Numbered from the whole stretch's first letter, positions 15,666 to 28,687 are shown. The stretch: DNA of 63,142 nucleotides, filler included, from Intoshia linei (GCA_001642005.1; 6 parts of 6 records of this genome joined end to end with filler, not necessarily neighbours in it), one strand, 5' to 3'. Notes: a model not told the origin generated them from the letters alone. Translations and numbers: made by a program.

Positions 15666-16544
15666 ATGTTCATGTTAAGGCGACCAAATTTTTGGCGATT
15701 CAACTTGAGTGCATTATTCAGAGAGCCTGCTTTAAGATTAACTACAATTAAAAAACAGTTTCTTAATTTATACGAGCCAGTTCGATTTCAATGTAATTTA
15801 CCCAAGGACGAATCAAATGTACCACCAAACAATGAAAATAATAAAGACTTAATCAAAATAAATTTCATTCTCCACGGAACCAATAAAACTATCACTACAA
15901 TGGCTACGCCTGGAATAAGTATTTATGATGTTGTTGTCGATAATGAAATCGATTTGGACGGCTTTGGAGCTTGTGATGGTGAGATTATTAATTTTTCTTC
16001 ATATTCACTTGGTTTTATTTTTATCACGAAATAAACCATGAAAAACAGGGTTACTAAACTGTTTCAATCACATATAGTAATTTCAGATTTTATTTTTTGC
16101 GGACCACTTAGAATTTTATTTCTGAGAAACATTACCAAAATATTATCACTACATTATTTTTTTAATTTTTGGTTCGATATTAAAATTTTGATGAAGAACT
16201 GACTTTGGGAACCACTGATTCAAAGGACATTCATTAGTAAGTGTTCATTAGTAAAATAATGATACACATTTTTCCTTTTTGTACCAATATTATTACAATT
16301 TTATTGTAATTTGATTAACCAGTCTTATATAATTCTAGGAACTTTATGTTGCACAACCTGTCACGTCTCATTCGATAAGGATGTTTATTTCAAACTCCCA
16401 AAAGCCGACGACGAAGAATTGGACATGCTAGATCTTGCATTTGATTTAACCAACACGTCAAGATTAGGCTGTCAAGTCAAGCTAGATTCAAATTTGAAAA
16501 ATTGCAAGATTTATGTACCACCAAGTAGTTTTGACATAAGATGA
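15666..16544 (+). CDS. FDX1: Mitochondrial 2Fe-2S ferredoxin (adrenodoxin type). Exons 15666-15978, 16339-16544
   Basis: Arg-rich transit peptide; DLDGFGACDG|TLCCTTCH, DEELDMLDLAFDLTNTSRLGCQ. Confidence 0.9.
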
Positions 16545-16748
16545 TTATATGAATGTGTAAATAAATAAATAAATATAGATTTTGTAATAAATCCAAACCA
16601 GTTTAATCTAATTTCCTTAATCTTAAAAATTAACTGACAATATAATCAACTTTACATTATTTTTACGCAATGACGCATATTGATAAACAATTAAAATATT
16701 AATTAAAAAAGTAAAATGAAATTTAAATTTAATTAATTTTTGTGGGTT

Positions 16749-19684
16749 ATGAACGATATTTTTACAGCCGACGAAAATATTGATCATATTTATCAAATTT
16801 TGGAACTGTGTGGTATCTACGATGAAGATGAATCAAATCAAAATATTAAAGCAATAAACGAAAAATCTATAGTTAATTTAAAAGATTCCTTATCCCCATC
16901 TTCCAACTCTGTTGATTGTAAATGGGATTCTTGTTTAAACGAAAATTTTATAAATAATAATTTAAATAATGTAAAACATTTGAACGAATTTAATGATTCA
17001 AAATATAGTCAAAACGTTGAATCGATGTCAGGTAATGATTATAAACCACCTGAAGCATCTCTCTTGTACTTTAATTCAAAATTAATCAAGGATAACATTG
17101 AAAAAATGTGTGGAAACATTAACGCGCTAAATCAAACTTTGGATAAAAATTATACCTTTGTTGTACAAGAAATTGAAACAACTTTTAAATCTTTCCATCG
17201 CAGTTTAGATAAGAGAAAATTGCAATTGTTTTTTCAACTGGATCAAATGAACCGTCTTAAACGTAATTCCCTTTTTCACCAAAAAAGGGCATTAGATAAA
17301 TTAAAATGTAGCGTTCAAGATTATATTACTAGGATTAAATCAAATTTTGATGTTGCAAATTCCATTAAAAATTACGTTTTTCAGCGAGAATTGAAGAAAC
17401 TTGTTCGAGTTTATGACATCAACTCTGAATTGTGTGAAAATGAAATACGATTAATTCTCAATCATGACGCTGATTTGTATATTAAAATTTCAGAAATTGG
17501 TAGAATTAGAAGCAATTTATACCCTCCAAGGTGTTTTATTAATGAATGTATTGGATCTGATGGTTATTTAATATTTACTGAAAAGATTCCATCTAAATTG
17601 ACTTTGAATGTTTGTGATCATTTGAGGAATCAAGATTCTTTTTGTAATGTGGAAATGAAGTCGAGTTTACCCAAACTTTTCATTCGACTTTTACGAGTTT
17701 CTAGCTTTGAACATTTAAATTCAGATGAAACTGTCGAGGTTTATGATTCTTGTGATGCGCAAAATGAATTTAAAGAAATTGAAGTGCAGAGTTGTGTTGA
17801 AAATGGTTTGTTTATGTTTATATTATATCAACTGTATTATTGTGAGTAGTGTCCAAACTTAATTTATCAATGACCCTGTCTAACAGGAAAATAAATAAAT
17901 TTCATACCGTGACAAGAAACCACCATCAAAATAATAATTATTTTTCACGAATAATGAAAAATGACCAGTTTACCCTTTAGTTTACTGATTACAGAGTATA
18001 GTTTAGTATCAAAAACTAAAGATTATAAAATTCTCCAAAATTAAATTCTAGAGAGTATTTTAGTGCCAATTCGTGTACATTAGTGTCAAATTGACACTGT
18101 CAATCCATTAATTTGGCACATACCATTTCAGATATTTTCAAAATGAACTAAGATCCTTACAATTCATAAATGTATCCACTTTACAGTTTATTCTGATTCC
18201 AAATATGTATTTTTGTATTTATTTCAAATTTGAATTTAGAAATAATTATCAATCAATTGAAATCAAAATACGTTGCAAAAGTGATGAAACTGGAATTTAA
18301 AATTCCATTTCACGGAAATTATGAATTTTCAATACTTTTGCGAGGAAAGCATATACAAAAAAGTCCTTTCCGATTAAAAGTTTTGCCATTAAGAAATTAC
18401 GTATCACTGACTCGTCAAATTCCAGTTAAAAAATTTGGAAGTTCTGGATCATTAAATGGATGTCTTTGTCGGCCATGGGGAATTACATGTATTAAATCAA
18501 CAGGACAATATGTTGTTGCAGATCGATCCAATAATAGAATTCAAGTTTTTATATTTTTAATTTAATCATACATGAACGTATGTGAACCATATATCAATAA
18601 TATCGTACTGAAAGGAATAGCATCAAATTTATTAACATATTAATTATGTTAAGTTGTATTTGAAATGATTTGTACATTATATCCAATTTATAAGTTGTAA
18701 ATGTGTGGAGCAAAAAAATCTTAATATACATTAAAACCGACAAAGGAAATTTTACATTAAGATTTTAAATTTTCAAATTGCGCTATCTCTAATTATTTTG
18801 ATACAGGTAATATGAAATTCCCATCGCTACAATCTTATCTTATCTAGTTTTTATGAATTTTTGTTATCGAATTACATGTACGATGTTGATAATATTGATA
18901 TAATAATTATAATTATAATAAACTAAATTTTAAATTGTATTGTATTGTGATTTATACTAATAATTTAGGTGTTTTCACGTCATGGAACATTTGATTTTGC
19001 GTTTGGAGGATCAGGAACGAATCCATCAGAATTTAGTCGACCAGCCGGAGTAACAATAGTTCAAATAGAAGAATTTGAAAGAATAATCGTGGCAGATAAA
19101 GATAATCATCGTATTCAACTATTTACTTTGAACGGCGAATTCACATTCATGTTTGGAAAGTCCGGTTCCGATTACGGACAATTTCATTATCCGTGGGATG
19201 TTTCATGTAACCAATTGGGATATTTGGCTGTTTCTGACACTAGAAATCGAAGATTACAATTATTTAATGTATTTAATGGTGACTTTATCACATATTTCAC
19301 ACTTTGCAATTCTACATGGAGCCCTCGTGGACTATGCTTTGAAAATGACGATCATTTGTTTGTTTCAGATTTTGAAAATCACAGAATTATAGAAATTCAT
19401 TTTTTTCATAAAAATGAAATTGTGTCCAATTTTTCCAAGAAACGTATTTGTGATAGCAAATTACATCGACTTTCTTCTAATTATACATATTGTTGTGGTG
19501 AAATCATCAAAACCAGTGGATTTAAAAATAAAAGAATCAAATTAAAAAATGATGTTACTAACTTTAACGATGAAATTGGGGAGAATAGTAATAATATCGA
19601 ATATGTGGAAATTGGCGATGTTTCTCTTTATCTGTCTCTTAAAAACATTTTTGGCTCTGAAGGCAGCAATATGGGACAAATTAG
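16749..19684 (+). CDS. lin-41/TRIM71: LIN-41/TRIM71-like protein (coiled coil, filamin, NHL), 3' end missing. Exons 16749-17805, 18240-18544, 18969-19684
   Basis: NHL repeats LCRPWGI..ADRSNNRIQVF, RPAGV..VADKDNHRIQ, GQFHYPWDV..SDTRN and SPRG match the LIN-41/TRIM71/Wech pattern; filamin end HIQKSPF. No further exon found before the gap at 20505. Confidence 0.88.
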
Positions 19685-19987
19685 GTTTTTTATATTTAAT
19701 ATTCGATATTTTTTCGTCTTATTAATTATATATAATGAATAATTGTTATTTTCAAGTTAGGAGTAAGTGACTACTAGAATATAATTTAAGAATGTATTTC
19801 AAAACCAAGTATTATGAAATATTAGCTTGACTGTTATGTACTTCGTAAAAACAGATACAATAGGCTCAATAAGCCTAGCTCTGCCGAGGGCAAATTTTTT
19901 TAATTTTACCAAAAAAATAAATTTACAAATGTCAATAATAAAATCTTAATTAAAAATGCCACACTCAATATTACCAATCATTTAAAT

Positions 19988-20095
19988 CAGGGATGCTCAA
20001 CGTTTTTAAACCTGTTGACCACTGCATAATTTTCAGTAGTAAACAATTCATTTTAAAATCAAGGAGTATTGCAATTTCAAACTAAAATTTTATTT
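19988..20095 (+). mobile_element. hAT MITE left part (same family as 27712-27904), interrupted by family A
   Basis: CAGGGATGCTCAAC...GACCACTGCATAATTTT...AAATCAAG matches 27712 onward. Confidence 0.75.
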
Positions 20096-20103
20096 ATTAT
20101 AAT

Positions 20104-20504
20104 ATTATAATATGCTACACGATTTTTGTTTGTGTCTGTCTGTGTGTTGAGCTTTATTTAAATAACTACCCGCCTTAAAATTTTATAAAGTCCACATTTC
20201 AATTACAGTTTTTTCCGGGAGTGTTCGCAAACATAATTTAAACCTCCAAAACTTATATCTTACAGGCCAAAAACCCCAATTGTCCCTCTTTGTGAAAATC
20301 AAACGAGTTGGAGAATTTAAAAAATATATACGCTAATGCGGATTTTAAAAGCATAAACATTACCCTAAATTTAAATTTAAAAAATTATATCTTCAGGGCC
20401 AAAACCACAAATTACCCTTCTTTTTTTAATAAAAACAGTCCTAGAATTTCAAAAATTTACAGGTGATAGAGTTGTATCATGTTAACACACATAAAAAATT
20501 TCAA
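20104..20504 (+). mobile_element. Family A Helitron-like copy, runs into gap
   Basis: TATAATATGCTACACGATTTTTGTTTGTGTCTGTC...; collinear with 53578 onward. Confidence 0.7.
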
Positions 20505-20604
20505 NNNNNNNNNNNNNNNNNNNNNNNNNNNNNNNNNNNNNNNNNNNNTTAATTAATTAANNNNNNNNNNNNNNNNNNNNNNNNNNNNNNNNNNNNNNNN
20601 NNNN
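20505..20604. other. Assembly gap with synthetic linker
   Basis: N44-TTAATTAATTAA-N44. Confidence 0.98.
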
Positions 20605-21301
20605 ACAATAAACATAATTTTCCACTTTACAATAAAAATTAAAATACTTTTTATGCCTCATCCTATGGGTTGTAGAATTGACATCCACATTGGTCACATT
20701 GTACGATTTAAGTTTACGTATTAGATATTGAGACTTCTGAGAAAGTTCAAACTCCGAACTAGATTCAATTCGTGATTGCGATGATGGTAGATTTGGACTA
20801 ATTTGTGCAATTATTTTTAGGTATTGATTTACAACTGCAATAATAACAATCAAAATCACATGTAGGTTTTTTCCATATTCTAGGCTTCGCAAATTTATTA
20901 TTTGTTTGGTATTAAGACGCATGACAGCTTGAACACAAAGCAAGGTGTCCAATCATTTAATTCCACAATGCATTTATATTTTAAATGGTATAAGTTCATC
21001 AAATTTTCAGAAAATTCGTATTTTTTATTTTTTAACTTTAAATAAACACCACATATCTGACAAAATGTGTTTTTTTTAAAATAATTACAATTTATTTTTA
21101 TAATCAAAAATATACAATAAATAAAAGTATATTTAGTAAATATCATAGGCAACATAATCCTATTATGTAAAAAGGATTAGTGGAATTATTTCCGATTGCG
21201 AGCGGTATATTTGATACGAAGCATATCATAGTAACCGTGAAACAATAAAGATTATTAATATATAATTTTATCTGAAATCAATTTTTTAATGTCAGACAGT
21301 G
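20605..21301 (-). mobile_element. Chapaev3-like (CMC superfamily) transposon 5' relic with frameshifted transposase
   Basis: Across three frames: FCQICG...LYHLKYKC..DWTP / CSSC...FAKPRIWKKP..DCYYC / PNLPSS, matching the remembered Chapaev3 N-terminal zinc-finger pattern. Terminus CACTGTC at 21301 is flanked by TAA (TWA target). Confidence 0.65.
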
Positions 21302-21605
21302 TAATATGCTACGCGATTTTTGTTTGTGTGTCCAGCTTTATTTAAATAACTACCCGTCTTAAAATTTTATAAAGTCCACATTTCAATTACAGTTTTTTCC
21401 GGGGTGTTAGCAAAATAAATTTCAACCTCTCCAAACTCACATCTTACGGGTCAAAAACCCCAATTGTCCCTCTTTTTGAAAATCGAACGAGTTGGAGAAT
21501 TTAAAAAAATATATGTGCCGATACGGATTTTAAAATCATAAACATTATCATAAATTTAAATTTAAAAAAATTATATTTTCAAAGCCAAAACACCAAATTA
21601 CCCAT
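21302..21605 (+). mobile_element. Family A copy, 5' end cut by the Chapaev-like insertion
   Basis: TAATATGCTACGCGATTTTTGTTTGTGTG...; collinear with the other copies. Confidence 0.7.
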
Positions 21606-22563
21606 CTTGAGATTGGTAGAAGTGTATTTACCCGTAAGGGTTGAATGAAGTACAACTTTAATAATAATAATTTTTAAGTACATTTTAGATGTAGTAGAGT
21701 TATTAGAAAATTAATATTATTTATCATTGAACAATACATGTACATTAAAAAATTCTAGAACCAAAACAATTGTGATAATGGAGAAAACAAGAATGCGTAC
21801 CATGCTTACATGAGTCATGCTTATTTAATGACTCCACGATATATTGACCCGAAAAGAGTATTAAAATATTTATGTAAATTGAATATTTTTGTATAGATAA
21901 AACTGACTTTGAAAAACAGAAATATAAATAATTAGATGTATAATAATTTATTTTTAATAAATATTAATTTGAATTCAATTCAATTGCAAGATAAATCAAA
22001 ATGGTCCATATAAATGTTAAGTGAATATTGGAGTTTTCAAGTTGGAAAGTATTTTACAAATTGTGAAAAGTTCGGTTTAAGGTTTAGTTAAAAAAATAAT
22101 TTGAAAATTATCTTTCAAGGGTTTGGTTAAACAAAAATCTTAATAAACCTTCCCCTTTCAAGTTTAATAAAAAAATAATGTGAAAATTCCAAAAGTGTAT
22201 ATATAAGTGAACAACTCTGTAAATGTCCCAAAAATGATAAAAACTACAATCGGTTGGACGAATTTAGATTCAATTAATAATGACCATGGAAGTTTCTTAA
22301 TTTAAAGTCAATGCAGTTACGAATTGAGCTAACTGGATCGCGTTGTCGCAATTTGTACCACTCTAATCTACAATTTGTTGATGTTATTTCAAATCTAAAT
22401 ACACAATGTAATTAACAATTTTCAATGCTCAACTACCAATAAAGTTTATTTTGTGTTAATAGTTTCCTAGAATGAACAATTGTTGTAAACAAGCCAATTA
22501 TTAAATCTGTTTAAATTATCTAAAAAATTAAAAATTGTATAATTTGGTAAACATAGAAAAAGT

Positions 22564-24578
22564 ATGACATTCAGTAACGCGCCTTCGAAAAACGCGAGAC
22601 GGGAAATGAAGAAACGACAACTGGAAAAACAATTAAACGAAATGGAAAAGGACAAAATTAGTAAAAAATTAAAAGTTGCAAACATTCAAAATAAATTTTC
22701 CGTGTCATATGAATCGGTACAAGAAAAGTTAAAATGTGAAATCATAGGTTTGATAAATCAATTTATTAATATTGTAATTTGAGGGCTTCTTACATTGGAT
22801 CAAATGAAGGAAAAACAAAGATTAATAGTTGAATCTCGTCAAAATGATATCGCCACATTAAACAAGAAGGAAGTTGAGAATACCGATAAAGTTGAGACAA
22901 AACCGAAAATAAAAATTAACGTTTAAATTATTAAATAATTATAATTTATATAATACATTTTAGAAATCCAAATTATCTTTCGAATTGGAAGATGAAGACG
23001 AAGAAAATTCTGTAGAACCATTAAGTGAAGGAAAACGTTTTGGTAGGTCTATATTAACTTATAAAATTTGATTACACGTCAGATATTAAACTCTACTATT
23101 GATAACACTTAAAATGATTTCAATTCACTGTTTCAAGGAGATCTCTGCAAGATGACCCGAACCGCGAATATCAGATCATGTTGAAATTGAGTTGAAGGCT
23201 GTTATTGATCAGATTTTATAGGTCGTGATTCGGATAGTATTGCAGAACTAGTTATAATATAATTTTTTTTTGAATTGAGGGGAACAGGATTAATTTGAAC
23301 AAATTTTTTATTTTGACGAGGATCAGTGAGACCTTGATCTCGCATTGAGTATGTCTATTATAATATCTTATTTAACTTTACTATTTTAGGATTAAATCCA
23401 GATGTAAATACTTCATATTGCCCTGATATTGACAAAGAAAATGATGATGTTATAAAACGGTTTTTATTTTGATTAATTGAAACTAAGATTGATTGACATG
23501 TAAAATCTTTAGAGAAGAATTGTGTGAAGAGTGGAGAGTGCTACAAAAAATAACTAAAGAAGAAATGGTTTACATACCATTTCATTACTGGGATGGGTGT
23601 TCTCATAGCCATCAATTGCATGTACCAAAAAAGATCAATATAGGTGAATTTTGTTTAAAAGCTCTCGAGTTAATACGTGATGATTACAATGAACTTAAAA
23701 AATCAACTGTTAATGATTTAATGTTTATTAAACATAATTTGATTATACCTCAACATTACACAATCTACGATTTTGTCGTTGCAAAGAGAAAATTGGCCTC
23801 TGGAGAACTAATTTTTAATTTCATTAGAGAAAACCGACTAGATTATATTAATGAAATGATTGATTTGGATGCTGAAAAAAATAAAATTAAAAACTCTAAT
23901 CCTATCCATGATAATATTTTGTCTGATCAAAAAAAAATTAAATCTTTATACAAAACCAATCGAATTGACAACATTATTGTTGAAGATCAAACAGATTTAC
24001 CATCTTCTGTCTTTCTTAAAAGAAAATTTCCATACAGTTTGGAGTTGGGTAATAAACCGTTTTTTTTTATATGATAGACGGAACAAGTCGTTTCTTTAAA
24101 TCAGTGTTCCTAACGTTTTTGTGAAATTAAAAAAACAACATACTACACATTTTTCAATTTTTTGACGGCGATCTAAATATTGTTCTTTAGAAAATGAAGA
24201 GGGGTGTAACAAATAAATTATTTGAAAATTCAAGATATTTCTAATGAATAGTTACGGAAATAACTAGGCGGAAATATTATTTTACAAAATTTTAAATCTA
24301 TTTTTTTATATATTATAATATTTTTATCTCATATATATAATATAAAATAATATCAAGAATCAATTAAAACAGTATTTTCGAAAAATTAACGATTATTATG
24401 TTATTATATTGTTTATTTTGATTTCATAGGTGAAAATTCTGATGAAAACGGTAATGACCCAAAAATAGAGGTGGAAACTGGAAATATTACAAAAATTGTG
24501 TCTCGTACATGGTATGATTCCAATAAACACATTTACCCTGCCAATCAATGGACGCCATATAAACCTGAAAAAAATTAA
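22564..24578 (+). CDS. FAM50: FAM50/XAP5 protein. Exons approx. 22564-22747, 22783-22920, 22964-23042, 23390-23458, 23513-24048, 24430-24578
   Basis: GLLTLDQMK, KLSF, GLNPDVNTSYCPD, REELCEEW, FHYWDG, LMFIKHNLIIPQHYTIYDF, KIVSRTWYDSNKHIYPANQW. Confidence 0.93.
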
Positions 24579-24796
24579 AATAAACTGTTAAATTTGTATT
24601 ATAATAAATTCACAATATAAAAAAGTGTTCAACTGGTTATACACTTGATAATCACGAAAAAAACAACGAACCCATTGCGGTTTTATGTGGGTCAGATTTT
24701 TTATCATGCACTAAAATTTAGCCTAAATACTAATGATCGTAATTCTGGTTAACTCGTACATTTTTGTTATTTACTTTATTATTACTTTAGCTATAC

Positions 24797-25410
24797 CAGG
24801 GGTTCTTAACGCGGGCCACAGAAAATTTTCAACATTAAAAAAAATTTGGTGTATTATGCCATAAAATTGATAACCAAAACAAAATCTATAAATGCACAAT
24901 GAATTTGGAATTATGGTTTACAGATCTTCAAAACTTTGAACCAGATGATGAAACCAGTCCTAAACTAACTGAAAAACTCTTGTACTTAATTTAATTATTT
25001 TAAGTCTTAAAAGATTTGAAATTAGTGAAACTAATAGAAAAGGAAGGTGTATTTGGATGTATGGGAATTCAAGAATCAAATCCAATTGTGTTTGATAATG
25101 TTCAACCAAGCATTATTGCTTTTCCTTTAACATAGCTTGTAGAAGTTGGATTTTCAGCAGTGGTCGATATTTTTGGTAAAAGGTCAAAATAAGATGTGAA
25201 CAACCGAGGAATAATGCGATTAAGATTGATAAAACTAAAATTATTATTAAAAATTGATTACGATTCATTGTGTAACAAACACCAATGCCAAGGCAGTCAC
25301 AAGTAGTATAAATTTAAATAAATAAAGCATTTTACTGTAAATAAAAGTAGATATTTTAAGGTGGGCCATGGAATTTTAGGTAAAACTTTTTTAGGCCATG
25401 ACTATCAATG
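24797..25410 (+). mobile_element. hAT Buster-type relic with degraded C-terminal dimerisation domain
   Basis: Left TIR CAGGGGTTCTTAAC; IIAFPLT*LVEVGFSAV...NRGIMRL...HQCQGSH. Confidence 0.75.
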
Positions 25411-26405
25411 ATATAAATTAATAATTTTATTTAAATTGTTCATAAAAAGGTCTGATATTTCAAATCTGATAGCTTCATTGAATTTTATAGAGAAAACTGA
25501 ATATATGTATTAAAATTGTTTAAAAATTCACAATTTTACAGACAAATTATTAAATACGCAAATATCTATTATTTACTGTAAAACCAATAAATCACAACAT
25601 AAGAATGGCTGTATTTTCTATGTACGATAAATTTGTCTGAAAATTTTTCAGTAACTTTGTACCATGTATGAGAGAAGTACTGAAATTTTGTTTAAAATCA
25701 AATTACTTTTTTTTTTATGAAAACAGCCCTATAATTTAAAGATTTTTACAGGTGGTACAGTTGTATCTCTTTAACACACACAAAAAATCTGAATCAGTGA
25801 TACCTTCACGGTCAAAAAAGCATTTTAGTATTGATATATTTCGAAATATTTTATTAACAGAAATGTAAAACAAAAAATATGAAATAATTAATGGTCCGAA
25901 AATTAAAAAAAAAAATTATTCTGATAGAGCGTATTCCAGTTGATATAAATACAAAATTTTAACCCCAGAAAATAAGAAAAAACTTTTATATAAAATAAAT
26001 TCAAATATCGTTACGGGTTAAAAATCACTGGTGTAAAATAACAAAAAAGTGTTACAATTTTTTTAATAGAATTGTTGCTTGTACGGGTCGATTATTTAAA
26101 AAATTGAATAACAGTAACAACTTGTTTATGAATTATTGAGGTGGCGTATCTAAAAAAAGGTTGAGAACCCCTGTTATGGAAGCAAAAAATGTTCAATCAA
26201 CATTGTTCAAATTCCCATATTTTTTAATCTTTATAAAGGAGTCACCTACACAAAAAAGTTGAAAACCACTATATTAGAATAACATGCAAAATGCAAGTTA
26301 TAATTGTCTACTGACATGGTTTCATCACATTCAAACCAATTGTGTTAGTTTATTTTCATAATTTTTATTACCGATTATTACGATTTTTGTAAAAAATACT
26401 TAACC

Positions 26406-27454
26406 ATGAAAGTTTGTATGATACTAGCACCAGGTTTCGAGGAAATAGAAGCTGTTGCAGTGATAGACATAATAAGACGGGCTGGGGTGAGTTTTTGATT
26501 TTTCCCATTTTATATTAATTTTTGTATTAATAGATTCACATTGTAACAATTAGCACGACCGATGAGAAATTGGTAAAAGGTTGTAATGGAATTTCTATTC
26601 AAGCGTGTTGTCTGTTAACAAACATAATGAAACAATCTGACAAAACGTATGATTGCCTAATCCTTCCAGGTGGACCTGCCCACAAGCTGTTGATTGAGGT
26701 GATTTGTTACTTGATACGGATCATAACTTTGTGACTAATGAAAAACCAAACTTGTGCAATTTACCCTAAAATAATTTTTTTACTAAATTGATTATTTAGT
26801 TTATCATAAATTTCTATTTCCAATACAAATTGAGGGAGGAAGAGGTTAGTAAATTAAATTTTTGAAATTTTAAAAAGTCGTTGACTTACGTCGGTCGTCG
26901 TGCGATAAGACAATAATTAATATTTAAAAATTTTTAAAAAAATTTCTACCTTATACTTGTAATACGGGTTATTCTCGATTTGTCATATTAAGTTCTTATA
27001 CCTTTAATCTACATAATTATAATTGTACACATTTTATCAAAAGGATGTTATTTATATAATTTTTGTTTAGAATGAAATGGTTAGCAAATTAACCACTGAG
27101 CATCACGATAAAAATAAAATAATTGCAGTTATTTGTGCATGTAAAATTTACTACAACAGTTAAAATAAAAATTTAGCACCTCTAGTGATACAGGCATATG
27201 GACTATTTAAGAAGCACAAAATTACTTGTTATCCTTATTTAGCAAATGAAATAAGTAGTGGTACTTTGAAAATTATTATATTTTTATCTATATCATAAGA
27301 CTACATTTATAATGATGATCCTGTTCAACAAGATGGAAATTATATCACTGGAAGATCGCCTTCTGATGCAATTGAATTTGGATTAAAAATTTTATCTGCT
27401 ATAGTTTCTCAAGATTTGGTCAAATCTGTACGAGGTCAATTAGCCATTATATAA
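26406..27454 (+). CDS. PARK7: DJ-1/PfpI family protein. Exons 26406-26486, 26534-26698, 27071-27140, 27177-27260, 27300-27454
   Basis: ILAPGFEEIEAVAVIDIIRRAG, YDCLILPGG, IAVICASP (catalytic Cys), ITCYP, DGNYITGRSP...IEFGL. Confidence 0.93.
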
Positions 27455-27597
27455 ATTGTTGATCTATTTTATTTTTTATACCGGTATTCTCAACCTTATG
27501 CATTTCACAACACTTTATCAACAACTAAAAATTTCGCCACCCTCTCTCTATTACGAACAACCAAAGATTTTACGATATTTCACTTATTAATTCACCC

Positions 27598-28040
27598 TTC
27601 GTTAAGAATGAACGTAGGCTACTCTTTACGCATTTTTTATATATCTCTGTTCTTATAAAGTTACCACACATCCACTTTTAGTAAAACTCTTTGTTAAGAA
27701 TGAATGTAGGCCAGGGATTCTCAACCTTTTTGAACCTGTGGACCACTGCATAATTTTTAGTAGCAAACAATTCATTTTAAAATCAAGAAGTACTGCAATT
27801 TCAAATTAAATAATAGAAAATATTAATGTAAGATTTTTATTGTAATCTTCAAAATTGGCTGTGGACAAAGGAAATTTTTCTGTGGTCCACATTGGGCATC
27901 ACTGATGTAGGCTACTCTTCACGTTTGTTTGTATAGGCGTCCGTATGAGGTTGCCCCACACCGACGTTTAGTATAACCCTTCGTTAAGAATGAATGTAGG
28001 GATATTCTTTACATGTTTTTTGTATCTCTCTGTCCTAAGG
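27598..28040. repeat. Degenerate tandem repeat, about 90-bp unit, 3 copies
   Basis: TT(C/T)GTTAAGAATGAA(C/T)GTAGG at 27598, 27690 and 27980; the second unit is interrupted by a MITE. Confidence 0.8.
27712..27904. mobile_element. Complete 193-bp hAT MITE
   Basis: CAGGGATTCTCAA...TTGGGCATCACTG with perfect 8-bp TSD ATGTAGGC. Confidence 0.9.
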
Positions 28041-28348
28041 CTATAGGTTTAATTAGTGATTGTGACTGCCCGGAATTTTAAAAATACATTCAATTTATTG
28101 AGATTGTTGTTTCAGAGTCGAGCCTTTTGTTCGACAGGTCGATGAAGGTTTTTGTAAAATGGGGCCTTATTCTTCCAAAATGATTTTTTAATATCATAGC
28201 TATTCTGAGTATCAAATGTAAATTTTCAAATATCTTTATTGCAAATTTTTATGTAATTTAATTATTAATTTTTTGTAATGTCATTTTTCATTAATTTTTA
28301 CTTTTTCCAATCCTGTAGTTAATTTTTAATTAATTAATTTTAAATTAC

Positions 28349-28558
28349 ATACGTTAATCTTATATTTGTTACAAATTTTTGTAACATTGTACTATGAAAA
28401 TAAAGTTTAATTTAAACTTTTTAGAGAAAAATTTCAATGTTGAGTGGCCCGGTCCAAACTCAACCAATTTGAATAATTTTTTCAGGAAAGTGATCACCAC
28501 ACCAATACTCCTGATGGTGAAATATACTTTTTGATCTTTGAATATGGTGATCACCCTA
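28349..28558 (-). repeat. Repeat family D, inverted copy of 31145-31360
   Basis: TAGGGTGATCAC...AAAGATCAAAAAGTATATTTCACCATCAGGA...CCGG(G)CCACTC; hAT-like terminus. Confidence 0.8.
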
Positions 28559-28687
28559 TTCTAGATATATAGTAATTATTAAAAACATTTTGACATTAAA
28601 TTTTTTGATGAATAATTTTGTTTCTATATTAAAACTGAGCTTTATTGTCCAACCGTTCCATTAAAAAATTAATTTAAATTACTGTAC

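Noticed and set aside
20549-20560. TTAATTAATTAA palindrome repeated five times in the window
   Set aside because: Always centred in a 100-nt N gap; it is a synthetic all-frame stop linker from scaffolding.
20898-21155. 85-aa ORF resembling a secreted Cys-rich peptide
   Set aside because: Better explained as the frameshifted N-terminus of a Chapaev-like transposase.
27598-28040. CRISPR-like repeat/spacer pattern
   Set aside because: Eukaryotic context, only three units, spacers homologous to each other, and no cas genes.
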